Shown here one piece after another: positions 51,640 through 64,000 of a DNA stretch of 64,000 nt (positions within the stretch are counted from its first letter, which is position 1; every line of letters starts with the position of its first letter). The position numbers and the translations under genes were made by a program. Below the pieces are notes generated by a model. That model saw only the letters and a program-made list of their open reading frames with translations. It was not told where the DNA came from and made no database searches. The stretch comes from Mytilus edulis (lineage: Eukaryota), in assembly GCF_963676685.1 (NCBI RefSeq), contig NC_092352.1, forward strand, positions 33,480,001-33,544,000. The letters run 5' to 3'.

Positions 51640-54600
51640 TTATTTCATAACATTTTTCGTAGGTGTTTTCCTTTTTTTGCCGTAGATCATACGATATGTT
51701 TTTTCAGGGAGCACAAAATTCACCTTTCTAGGGGACACAGGAGACCGGGATGCAGTTTGTATTGGATCAGGTGACTTCAGACTTAACTTGGTAGGCTCTT
51801 CTGGAACAAACAGTTGAATTGGATGAGAACACGTGGTTACTTCATTTGTTGATGTAGCTACCATGAATTCCTCAATATCTTCTATATCATCAGTTTTGGT
51901 AAGTTCTTTGTCACATTCTATTTTATGCTTCTTATTACGATGGCGTACAATGAAAATAAAGCCAATGGTAAAACCGAGAATGATAACTCCGCTGATTATC
52001 TGTAGGACAGCTATGACAGTTCGGTTGGCTCTGTATGGATTTGATTTTAAAGGTTTATGGGGCAGAGATACAGACACTGTTAAGACCGCCACTCGACTTC
52101 GTTTCGCAGAAGACTCCTCAGTAGCCTGGAATAAAATAGTGTAAGTGTTCTGATAACAATTGTAATTATGAAAGGAGCTGAATAGTTCATTGTTTATTTA
52201 AATGCTTGAAGTATTTAAATAAACAATGAACTATTCGACTATATTGATCGTCTTTTTGTGCCTTTCGTATTCATTTATCATTCCTAATTTTTCTCCTAAA
52301 TGTTGACATTCCATTTGGTTAAAGCATGGAAGTATTATATTGACAATATAATACTTCCATGGTTAAAGGGATGATTGTTTATTATTTCCTTGATGGAGTC
52401 CTTTTTGGTTAACCTTCATTTGAAGTTAAATCTCAAAGAAACCTGACCAATTGAAATCCTTGTGATTTGTTCATATGAATAAAACAAGCGTATATTACGG
52501 TTTTGAAGTGAAACCAAAGAAACAGCTATCGAGAACAATAATGCATTCTATTTTGCATATGGTATAAATTTCCTGTAGGAGACAGAACTGAAAGTTAAGT
52601 GAAGTAAAGCGCGTTTTCATGTTGTGTTATTTGTGTAAATTAAGACTTCTAACATGTAAATGTACCTGTACAATTATAATGAAATCATGAGGATCGGCAA
52701 TGGTGATGTTGGAGGTTTTGTTTACGGTACCAGTAGAGTAATCTATGATGAAATAACGTTGGTAATCCACAGGATCGCCTGAAATTAAAGTTTAAAAAAA
52801 GCTTCAATTGACAATTATACTTCAAATTTGTTCCTTATTAATATAACCTATTTATTCTATAGAATGTTATTAAAATATACTTTGAATTGAAGTAATTTGT
52901 ATTATTCTAAACATTTATATTCTTTAATAAGGCAGTTAAAAAGTTAAAATGGTCGGAAATTTTAACGATTGTAATAACTCAATTTCATGCTTACTTCAAT
53001 AATTTTTTTATTTGAATCGAATTCAAAGTGGTTAATGTAATACTATAGTAATAGGTTTCTTACATGGACGAGGGAAGTTCATTTAAATAACCATTGTATA
53101 AGACATACCGTGAAGGAAGGCATATGTCACTTTGTTTGTTTTCACTAGGTCACCATCTATTGCATGGATTGCTCCTGGAGATAAGTATAGGGACCCCTGA
53201 AATAGTGAAACTGTTATTGCACAACATGTTTAGTATATCTTTTGAACATCTATTACAGTTATAAATTACATTTAGATACATTTTTTGACTGTTTTTTTAC
53301 TTTGAGCAAATCTTTGTTTTGCGAACTGTTTCTCGTACTAGTATAATATGTGATAACACAAAATACCTACCAAAACAAAAATACACCTGTATTACTCATA
53401 AAATTTAGAATTAAAGATATAAAAGAAACTTATAACTTTAATTTGTAATGATTTTAAACTTATGTTAGAACTTGAAAATTCATGATATACCTACATTCAT
53501 AGAACGCACTTAAACACGAGAAATATATGGTTCAGTAATTTCAGACATGCAACAGGGATTTTTCTTAAAATCATTTGAAAAGGGGACACACTCTTACCAC
53601 TTATACTCAGTTATATATAGTATAGTAATTGTTATACCTACAACCTAGGGCGCAAGTTCCATATCAGGAAAGTCGCCTCCCAAAACATCAATATAATAAT
53701 AATAATACCTACAACAAATTGTTCGCCAGCGCCTGCTGTGTAAACCGGAAGTGCACATCGTGAAACGTCTGTTTTCTCAAATACCGGCCCATTATCATCA
53801 ATGTCTTCCACAGTTACGTTGACTTTCTTGATCTAAAACATAAACGACTACAGAAATACCAAAAGATAAATAATAATTCCATTTGTGTAAACCGTGATTT
53901 GTATGCGTGTTATCGTTCTTCGACAACATATATTTGCTTAGGGTTCATCTGAATGAATCGATGAATATGGCCATATTTACACTACAAAATTTAAATCCGA
54001 GTACAGACATACCTGTGCACCTAGTTAAGATTTTTAAAAGTCACCAGGAACTTCTTAATAAAATTCTAAATGAATTTGAATGTTTCAGAAAATTATAAAC
54101 TTTTTTGGATTTTGAGATTCCGGTTTTTAGCTCACTTGGCCCTTTGCTGTTGACAGCATGGCCGACATGGTTTGAATAGAAATGATAGTTTTGTCTACTA
54201 TCGTAAAAACCACATCATGGAGAACATCTGAATGGGACAAAAATGTCCAGATTGCTGAATCTACCTACTGACCATTTACATCAAAACTGCCAGACAACTT
54301 CTTAAATGCCTTAAATTGCAAATTTCATTTTTTTCATTTTTTTTTATTAGGTAGAAACTATAAAAGATACAAACAAACTGTTTATAGGAAAATATGACCA
54401 ATCAGACAAGATCTACAAATGAGGCGAACGGCCGAAATCCCAAGCCGATTATTTATTGCTGCTTAATGACGATTTACCGTTTTTTTTATGTAGGGCTTTT
54501 ATCTCGAAAACTATAAAAGATAGACAGAAACATTAAAAAGGCAAGAAAATACAAGATCTAAAAATTAGATAATAAATGCAAAAAGGACAATTGAATCCAT

Positions 54601-57600
54601 GTAAGAGTAATGACCCTTAAATATCACGTTTTACATTTTTTTTGCATTTTTTTCAAAAACTATATAAAGAAGGTGGAGAGAAACCGTAATCCTGATCAGC
54701 AATACAAGATAAACGAAATATTTTTTTTTTATCAATAATTATATTCTAGTCTACATTGCTAAAGCTACACATAAACCTAGGCGAGAGACACACAACAGGT
54801 TCTTTAGAACCTTAATTTACTATTCCAACTGAAGGTGTCATTTAAAAATATGTTTGAAAATATTCTAGATGTTTCCGTATGACAAATATTTGTGAGTCAA
54901 AAGATGGATAATAGATTGACAATTGATGAATATTAATTAGATATCTCCACAACAATTAATATTTGAAACTTGTTTGTTTGTATATATTGCAATCCCTGCA
55001 GGAAAAAAATGCCTTCACAATTTGTGTTTTTCTGGTTCCTGTCCGGCCTTAAAATGTTTTAAGGTGATAAGATTTTTTGTTGTGTAAACACGGTAATACA
55101 CCTACATTGTTTCTGATGTACCTTAAATGGAATATTATAGAAATAAACAGAAATTCTTTTCACGGGCATTTTTTTTTTTGCAAACCTCATGTTATATCAT
55201 TTGTTAGTTAAATACTTGTAGACAAGAATTAACTCATTTTTATATTGGGATTTTGTTTTCTTGTGTTAATGTCTGACTTTTAATTTGACTTCATGTTTTA
55301 TCCAGATCATCTATAGAAATATTTTTTTCTCATTCGAACTGAATAGCCTGGTTATGTCATTAGAAATTGATATGACATCGCCATGTACTTTAAGGATTTT
55401 TAAGAATGGAGACGTTGGTTAGTTGTATGTTAATAATACTGTTGCTGAATGATATTTACGGCTTTTACAACACCGATGGCGTTCTGTCTCTTAATGTTTA
55501 GTAGATACTTTTACATCTATATTGAATTTAAGCACTCCAAACCCAAACCGTAGATGTTACTATCATAATCTGAAAGTAGAAAGTCCGTCTGTACTATGAA
55601 GCAGAAACCAGACAACAACAATGTAAACTCCAAACAATTAATGTATGGTCATACAGACTTTACAAAGTATGCTATATACGAAACGCGCGTATAGCGCAGA
55701 TACAGAATTTCAATCCTGGTATCTTTAATAAGTTTATTTATTATACATGGAATATTGACAGTTTACATCTGTTGAAGAGCCTCAAGTTCCCTTTTGTGGG
55801 TATCTATTTACACAGACGTCGGAACAGTGAAAATCGGATGGGAAGTAGTTTATTCTTGAGTTATATGGAATATATCTTCTTTTCAAGTTGGTTATGCTAT
55901 CCTCTACTTTTTTACATGTATACATTCAAGAGTGCATGCTCGAAATAATTTATATTCTATAAATTGGACACAAATTGCATTGAAATTAAAAACGATAAAA
56001 AAAACCCATTTTACCACCAAGAATATAATGCTTCTCAATTTTTAAAAGTGGTTAATTGTCCTCTGGTTGCTGTCTATAAGAAATATAACAGTTTCGTATT
56101 CTTCTATCACAAAGCTGAGATGGTAAAGGTTTATACTTCTATAACAAAGCAGAGATGGTAAAGCTTTATACTTTCTAAAACTAAACCAGTACGGGAAGTT
56201 TTGACACTTAGATGTCTTAACCTGTGGTAACGCTGAAATGAACTTATGCATGACAAATGAAGGAAACAGTAGTATACTGCTGTTAAAATCAGTAAATAGT
56301 CATTCAGTGTTGACGAGACTTTGTGAGGAATAGTTAAAATCTATCTATATAACTCAGGAAGAGACCGATTTTATTTAGCCGCATTTCCTCAAAAACCATA
56401 CAATGTTGGAAACATTTGTAAAATGACGAATAAGAGAGTGTTTTGTTCTTCCTAAATTTGTCTTTGAAACAATAATTTTTCCACAAAAAACGCCAATTTT
56501 TGAGAAAATAACCCGATTTGAAGACCGTCATCTGTCCGTGTCATATACATTTTCGTGGATGCTCAGTCGACGTACTGTCCGCGAAATTTAAAAAAAACTC
56601 TTTGGTTCAACACTTTCCGTGAGTTTGTGAGCATCTTCTAGTATTAGTAGTTTATTGACATGAATATCAATTATATTGTCATTTTTAGATTTCTTTTCTC
56701 TGCAAAAGTATGATTTTTACGAAACACCAATGAACTTCTTATCCCTGGAATATATAACCTTAGCCGCATTTGGCACAACATCGTTGAATTATGGGTCGTC
56801 AATGCTCATCAACTTTGTACTATTTTGATCTGAACGTTACAGATGAGTCTTATAAAGACAAAACGCGCATGTGGCGTATTATATCATAAGCCTGGTACCT
56901 TTGATAACTTAAGGCTTTAGTATATTGCATACAATTGTTCAAATCTAGTAAGAAGATAAATCAAAGTAACAAAAAGAATAATTTTTATATGGAATCACTT
57001 GAACTTCGAAGGGAGTGATACAGATTACGTAATATCTCCTGAAAACCACTCGCCAAGTTAATCCACATTCAGTCAAAATGTCAAAATCAGGATTATGATA
57101 TCATCGGTATATCTACAGATAAGACGACTATACCCTGCCGTATCTTAAGACCGAAGACTGTAAGTGAGTTCATGAACAGAAATGAATTATTTTGTATCGA
57201 AATTGAAACCGTAAAAATTATGTAATCACGTTTTCAGTTGTTCTTCCTCATTACTCTGTATGAACAGTGTTTGTGTAAGGAACACATCCTGTTAAACCTC
57301 GTAATTATATATATCTAAGAAAAAGTATATTTTATATGTCAAAGTGGTGAAATAAATTATTCAAACATGCAATTAACTTCTAACATTTCCTTGTATACAA
57401 AATAAATAATAAAACACACATAAATCACACAGTAACACAGTGTTATAACATTTTGTAGGCTTACCATCACAGGAATATTTCCAGCACTTCTACATGTGAT
57501 TTTCATTTCAATGTAATTAACAACAGTTTTCTGGAAAATAAGTATGATTTAATAATTTTTGACATTTTGCAAGTGAGAGTGAACCTGACAGTCCTATAAT

Positions 57601-60600
57601 TAGAGACAGTTAACTGATTGGAGGTACTGCTTATCTATAGGTACACATTGTAACTAAAATTTGTGACATCAGTTATTCAAATATCTTCATGTTCATTGTT
57701 GAATACCGTATCATGACCTTAGTTGTTTACATCCTTCTTCTTAGTCTTCGGTGGATAACCGTTGTTGGCAATCATACCACATCAACTCTTTTTATTTAGA
57801 TTGTTCTGCACTGTAAAATCAGTTTAGATTGATAAATTAATAAATGATTGTTCTTATTTTCATTACATAACATTTAATTAAGGAATGACTGTAATATTTT
57901 TTCTGTCTATGAAGAAATAACATTAAAAATTTGGTGCACACTGAATAACACGCGTAGTGGGTTATTTAACAGTGTGCACCAAATTTTTTATGTTATTTCG
58001 AATAGACAGAAAAAATATTACAGTCATTTCTTATAATTTAATTTTAAATTCCATTTTAAACCGTAGAAAACCATGAAAAAACGTTGATGACGTCACGGCC
58101 ACATGTATTGACTAAATTATGTCTATGGGCTCATAACAAAATAACGTCAGCCAATCAGAAGACGCGTTACATCCAAAATTAATATTTACAAATAAAGTCT
58201 CATTTTTGTATCAAAGATATTTGATCGATAAGTTAAAATGGATTCATTCTTATATTTAAACAACATTTAAATTCAATAATGAATTTCTCATTTAAATCCT
58301 ACAGATTTTTTTTGATGAAGTTTGATCAAAAGTTGAGCGAAAAGGTTTAAACTTTGTACATATAATAAAACATATTTGATATTTATATACCGAATATGAT
58401 AAATATATTGCTTTATTTAAATTTTCGTCAAGTTGCTTCGGAGTCATTTGAATCAAGATTTAAAAGTACATGTAACAATTAAAAAAAAATGCGAAAAAGG
58501 CATCACCAGGCTGGTAACTTTTCAATTCTTTTTTATGTGTAGTTATTTGTAGACTTTTTATTTTGGTTAATTTAATTTTGACCATCCTTTTAAAAGTTTT
58601 CCTACAAACTATAAATGTCCATTTGGCACCTTCTGTCTCTTTTAAGATTAAAGAAGGTCAAATTTAAAGACTATTTCATAATGATTATTATTGTCACTTT
58701 GGCACCTACTACCAAAGGAGTAGGTCCGGTAAGGGCCGATTTCGGCCCCAATTTTCAAGTTCATCTAACGAAAGATTTTAGACACTTTCCAAACGCTTAA
58801 ATGTCTACTTCAATTGATTCTATTAGTTTATGTGAAAGATTTTAACTTATTAAGTCATTAAAAACGCTCCGATTCAAGCTTGAATATGAAAAATATATCA
58901 AATATGCCAAAAAATGTCACTTTTCAGATGGTTTTTGTCAAAAATGAAAGTGGCCGCATCCGTGTTCATCCTCAACCTTTATATATATTATGTATTATCA
59001 TCAAATACAACTTACATTTCAATATTATGAATGAACACGAATGCGGCCACTTTCATTTAAGACGGAAACCGTCTAAAATTTAACTAAAATGCTACAATTG
59101 TGAAGATTTCAGTAATTTAGCATGACTTAATGATGCTAGTACCCGATATATGTGCATTGTATTGTCAAAAACAGCTCATATTCATGTAGCAGAAGCATTC
59201 TACTTTTCAATAAATATCTAAACGATTACATTTTCTAAAACTGCTATATTTTGGGGCCAAAAATGGGTCTTACTGAACCTACTCCTTTTGTAAATAGAAA
59301 AATGACAAAAGAACATTTCACATTAAGTATGATCATTGTAGTTGGAAAATAACTTGATGTCTCCCTGTCAAAGTAAGAAAACCTCATGCCTTGTGGTTTA
59401 ATGCAATGAACTGAACTTTTCTCATACCAGTTTACAGCAGTGCAATCAGTAATTTGTTTGCCTGAACTTGAATGACGGTCTGAGGCGTATTTTTTTAAAA
59501 CTTGTATTATGAGGATTTTGTAATTTATCAACAATCATTCTTACTCTAAAACAATTGTACTTTTAAGAAGAAAAAAAGTAAAAATATAATATCGTATACC
59601 GTATCTAGATATATTTGTTCTATATCAACCGCACTTTGCAGAATGATGTCTGTACTATGATTGTTAAGAAGATTAAGTCTGAAATGTTTCTGTAGAACTG
59701 ACACGATATTGGCAGGAAATACGATATCTAAACTTATGTTAATTGATGTACCATGTATCAATTTCATCATGACTTTGTCTGTAAAACAAAGATAAGTCAT
59801 GAAGTTCTTTTTTATTTGCATATAATTTTTTTCGAAAAAAATATATAAATGTTAAAAATAATAAATAAGTATCATTATTTTCTTTTGCAGAAAAAGGCCA
59901 GCTGTACCTTAGATCACCTCAGTGTTTGATGGGGTTCTTGTTGTTCAGTTCTATGTTGTATTTTGTGTAATTTTGTTGGATTTGTTGTCATTTCCTTTTT
60001 TTACTATGGCGTTGTCAGTTAATTTTTGACTTGTGAGTTTGAATGTACCTGTAGTATCGTTTGTCTCTCTTGTAGAGAGTTGTCCGATGAAGACCATAGA
60101 TTTCTATTTGCAATTTGAAATCTTTCAAGACAAGTTTTTCTTGTCCTCACCCTCTTTTTGTATAACTTAGATTTAAAAACTGTTTGTGGTCAAATACAAG
60201 CATTACAATAGCTTCATAAAACATTTGGTTATATGCCACTATACATTCTTGGATATTTATACATGTCAATCCATCTAGTCATAGGATATACTCTTTCACA
60301 TTGTTATTGCAGATGCATAAAAGTGAGACAAGTCTGATTTGTGCATCGCATTGTTGGTCCTTATTTGAAGCTGAACATCTTTAAGTATGGTTATTGATAC
60401 AGATATAAAATTCATATTTCGTTTTAGACTACCTTTATCGTGTTCTGTAATGTTCAGAAAAGCTGGAATCTGCTGTAAAACATTGCCGCAGTCTGGATAT
60501 TCTTTAAAAAAAAAGATTGATAATATTTGTCAACATAAGTCCTAAAAATGATTTCATATCAGAGGGTTCCGTCTAATTGGTAATTTAACAGTAAAGAAGC

Positions 60601-63413
60601 ACCTTAAAGTAAATATTATGTCTTCACTACAAAGCCAGACGTTATTGCTTTATTTATCTGATTTGATTGTATTCATGATATATTTTCTCTATGTTTTACT
60701 TTTTTTCAAACTCATATCAATAAAATTAAGGATTGACAAATTTTCTTTGGAATACAACTGTTCCAAGTCAGGAATATCAATGAATATGACAGTTGTTTAT
60801 CATTTGTTGTTTGATACAGTTTAACGTTTGATTTTTGTCAGGATATATTGACTCCCCGTTTTTGGATTCACCCTTAAGTTTTGATAATTTTCTTTAATTT
60901 GTTCTTTGATTATTCCTAGTTCTTCTATTTTTCAGTTCTAAATATATGTCTTAAGTTGTTTTTTATTCACGTTGCTTAGGCTACTCATATTTATTGTATT
61001 CCAAAATAGATAATAATTTATATATTCAGCAAATCAAGACGGGACTTCAGAGTTACTCTGGTACTACCTTCTTATTAGTCGGTGTAAAACAACTCACCAA
61101 ATATACTGACGCTTATAAATTGTAAACCAGACTCGTCAGTAGCGGTAAAAAAAATGGAAGTCCAAATCAGGTTATAAAATGAAATCGACCAAAAGACATG
61201 TTAAAAAGGAGAGAAGATATGAATACAATCCCATAATTAAAGGCAACAGTAGTATACAGCTATTCTAAAGTCATACATCCATTAATAGAAAACGAATCAG
61301 GGTTACAAACTTAAACTGAGGAACTCATTGGAACAACAGAAACACTGTAGTGCAACAAAAACAAACGCAAAATACATAGACAAGGACTATTTGATAACAA
61401 CTGCCATATTACTGACTTGGTACAGTTTATTTGAGGAACAAAAGGTGGTTTGAAACTGAATGCCATAAATCATTTGCTTCATAAATGCAAATTTCCCATC
61501 GACTTGTCAGCCTCTGATGTGAGTTCGTACATTCTTTTTTAACCTCTATACTAAAGAACAAAATTCGACATACATTAATATTTATGAATACCTATAGACT
61601 ACATAATCTTTTTTACAATAAACATTATGCGTAGAAAATTACAAATACAACTGATGTTTCCCTCATTAAATCATTACTATATTTTATACTCACGATTAGT
61701 TACCACAGATGTCCTATGTGGCGGTCGTCGAAGAGGTGTGTTATAACTTGGCATACTTGGAGTAATATAAGACAGAGTGCTTGTCTTAATATGCGCAGAC
61801 GCCGAGGTTGCGAATCTAGAAGATGTCTTTATCGCTAGCTTAGTCGCATGTATTGTTGATAAACCTGATAATGTCTGTTTGTCCGATGATGTCGATTGTT
61901 TGCTATTTATATACTTTGTTTGTTGACTTGGCGTCGCATAATATCGGGAGCTGGTTGAAGTGTGGATCCTTAGTGATGGTACATGTGTCCTTGTATTCTT
62001 TGTTGATTGAACCTGAGAATCCGAACGGCCATTATCTGTATGCATTATAATTGTTGAACGTATTATTTCTGTATTTTTATTTGAACTGTTTTCATTCAGA
62101 ATTTTGTTGCTGTTTATTATTAAATATTGAGTTGACGCAACGTTGTCGATTTGCACTGAAGAACTTGAAATCGTAGAATGCATCGATGATAAAATCGGCG
62201 AAAATATCGTTCCAGTCACAGAGTTATTATCGATTTCTTTTATGGTTTTAGTTATATTGTTTGATGATAATTCATAAGTATGAACATTTTGATGAAAACT
62301 TGTTGATGTTTGTACATGCCATTGCGACTTGCTTGACCCTCTTGTATTTTTATTTGTTTTATTTACAGCGGAACTGGCAGTTATGTTATAAGTAGACATA
62401 GGAGTAGGCTTGTTGATTGAAAGTAAACTTATTCCTGTAGTTGAAGTCAAACTCTCTGAAAAGGTTACTCTGCCATGTGAACATAGTCCTTTGTGAAATA
62501 CAAAGATAATGATGACACATGAATACACAAAATTAATCATATCCACAAATAACACATGCTGGTTTTGGAGTATATATTATAGGTACTGACGTTGTTCAGC
62601 GTTTTAATTAGGCGTTATAGTGTTTTTATTTGTAAACTGTTTAAGTCATTTTTTTGTAATATAGTTGTGGCGAGACTCGTGTATTTATACATCCCGCCAT
62701 AGTGTTATTGTGCTATGGTACTTTTTTTAAATTCTTGTCTTTCATTTTTGCTTATGTACTTTGTCCATATATTTTCTATATGCAATTTTGTTTTTCTTTG
62801 TTGAAAGAGGTGTTTTTATTATAGTGATTAAGATTATAACACAAAATTGACTGCTGAACCCAATTTTGACGATTTCACCAATCATATATGTCTGTTTGTT
62901 TTGCTCACATATTTTTATAAAAAATTTTTATATGCGTCTGTCATACAAGTGAGAGGTTTAGCTAGCTATAAACCAAGATTTAATACACCATTTTCTACAC
63001 GAGTAAATGCCTGTATCAAGTCAAGAATATGATGTTGTTTTCCATTCCTTTTACGTGTTTGGGCTTTTGATTTTGACAGTTGATAAAAGACTTCATGTTT
63101 TGAATTTCCTAAGAGATTGGAATTTCTTGCTATTTCCCTTTATTCATTTGAACAAGTTCCTCGACACTGAAAATTAATTTTATTCAATAAGCCAAAACTC
63201 ATTGTTCACTTTCCAAAACCGGCATGCATAAGAGTATTCTTCTTATTAAAAAGGTTTTGCATTTATTGTCAACTCAAACTGCTGTCAAAACAAATCTCGC
63301 ATTTATGTAACTATCTATTTTACAAGAAGTAAAAATCGAACATAAATGAATAATGATTGTGAAAACTTACCAATATACAACACATGTAAAAGTATACGAT
63401 AAACGTCCATCAT
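51640..63413 (-). CDS. Single-pass membrane protein: signal peptide, Ser/Thr mucin-like region, two divergent cadherin-like repeats, TM helix, cytoplasmic tail (~652 aa)
   Basis: Nine phase-compatible exons: 63413-63371, 62488-61694, 60501-60433, 59778-59600, 57530-57465, 53832-53713, 53196-53109, 52778-52666, 52125-51640 (1959 nt, no internal stop). Cadherin motifs VTVEDIDDNGPVF, IHAIDGD, YFIIDYSTGTV, IIVQATE; TM IISGVIILGFTIGFIFIV. The first and third exons are the least certain. Confidence 0.8.
57876..58185. mobile_element. Element with one long terminal hairpin (arms ~57884-58028)
   Basis: aatgactgtaatattttttctgtctat..gaaataacat..aaaaatttggtgcacactg is mirrored, followed by a tail containing tgacgtca and ccaatca. 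Confidence 0.65.
58714..59288. mobile_element. MITE with ~38-bp imperfect TIRs (AAAGGAGTAGGT)
   Basis: aaaggagtaggtccggtaag..ggccccaa versus ttggggcc..cttactgaacctactccttt; internal inverted repeat gtggccgcat.cgtgttcat / atgaacacg.atgcggccac. Confidence 0.8.
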
Positions 63414-64000
63414 GAAGAAAATCAGTTGAATGGTTAATTTTAACGGATATATTACATTTCTCATTAAATTATCCCCAAATTGACCCCTTTTTTCAAAATA
63501 CTAAATATTGACTGATTAAATTAATTACAGTAGTATCAATGAAAGTAAAGTTTTCTTTTCATTCAATGGTAATATATAAGCTATTTAAAAATTATCACAA
63601 AATGGTGTAGATTAGCAGTATAATCTATCACAACCAAATCTAGACATTCGATTTACTTACAAAGATAGTATTGACATAACTATTTGTTTAAACTTTGAAT
63701 AACACAAACTGGATGGGACTGAATTTTATTGAATAATTAAAAATAACATAATATAATCATGAAGTGATAAATAAACTAAAAAGAAGAAAATATAAAAAGA
63801 AATATTATTTTCAAAACTCGAATACTGACAATCGAGTAGATTTAGATTTTGAAATACTGCATTGCGATTACAAACGTGTTATGTTACTTTAAACAGTAAC
63901 GTAACGAAAAGTGAAATTGGAAAGCAATAAAAGATTTCAAAAGGGGAAAAGCGTAGTGTATGATATAGCCTTTTAAAAGTGGATATATTATACCAACAAT

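Noticed and set aside
60145-60432. Coding-looking extension of the 60501 exon
   Set aside because: Contains stops in the frames tried; the donor at 60432 already gives a phase-compatible model.

Overview
AT-rich eukaryotic DNA with spliced GT-AG genes and dense repeats. The repeat types resemble a bivalve mollusc (Mytilus-like; inference). Four host genes were assembled by hand, all on the minus strand: a partial SLC15/POT peptide transporter, a two-exon Shaw-like K+ channel with a non-canonical S6 gate, NDUFS6 lacking two of its four zinc ligands, and a 9-exon mucin-plus-cadherin membrane protein. The centre (23244-43573) is a 20.3-kb DNA transposon with both ends and a perfect 9-bp target duplication. 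It carries convergent, intron-containing genes for a RecQ-like helicase and a large DDE-like transposase, the AcademH architecture. It is inactivated by two exonic insertions and one 16-bp duplication, and removing these restores open frames. Next to it is a deleted THAP + YqaJ (ISL2EU-like) element with a LINE inserted in its terminus. Also present are many Helentron-type elements and MITEs, 30-58 bp hairpins with 7-bp duplications resembling P-type excision scars, and a large excess of TACATGTA-type motifs. No rRNA, tRNA or CRISPR was seen. All coordinates and counts are manual.
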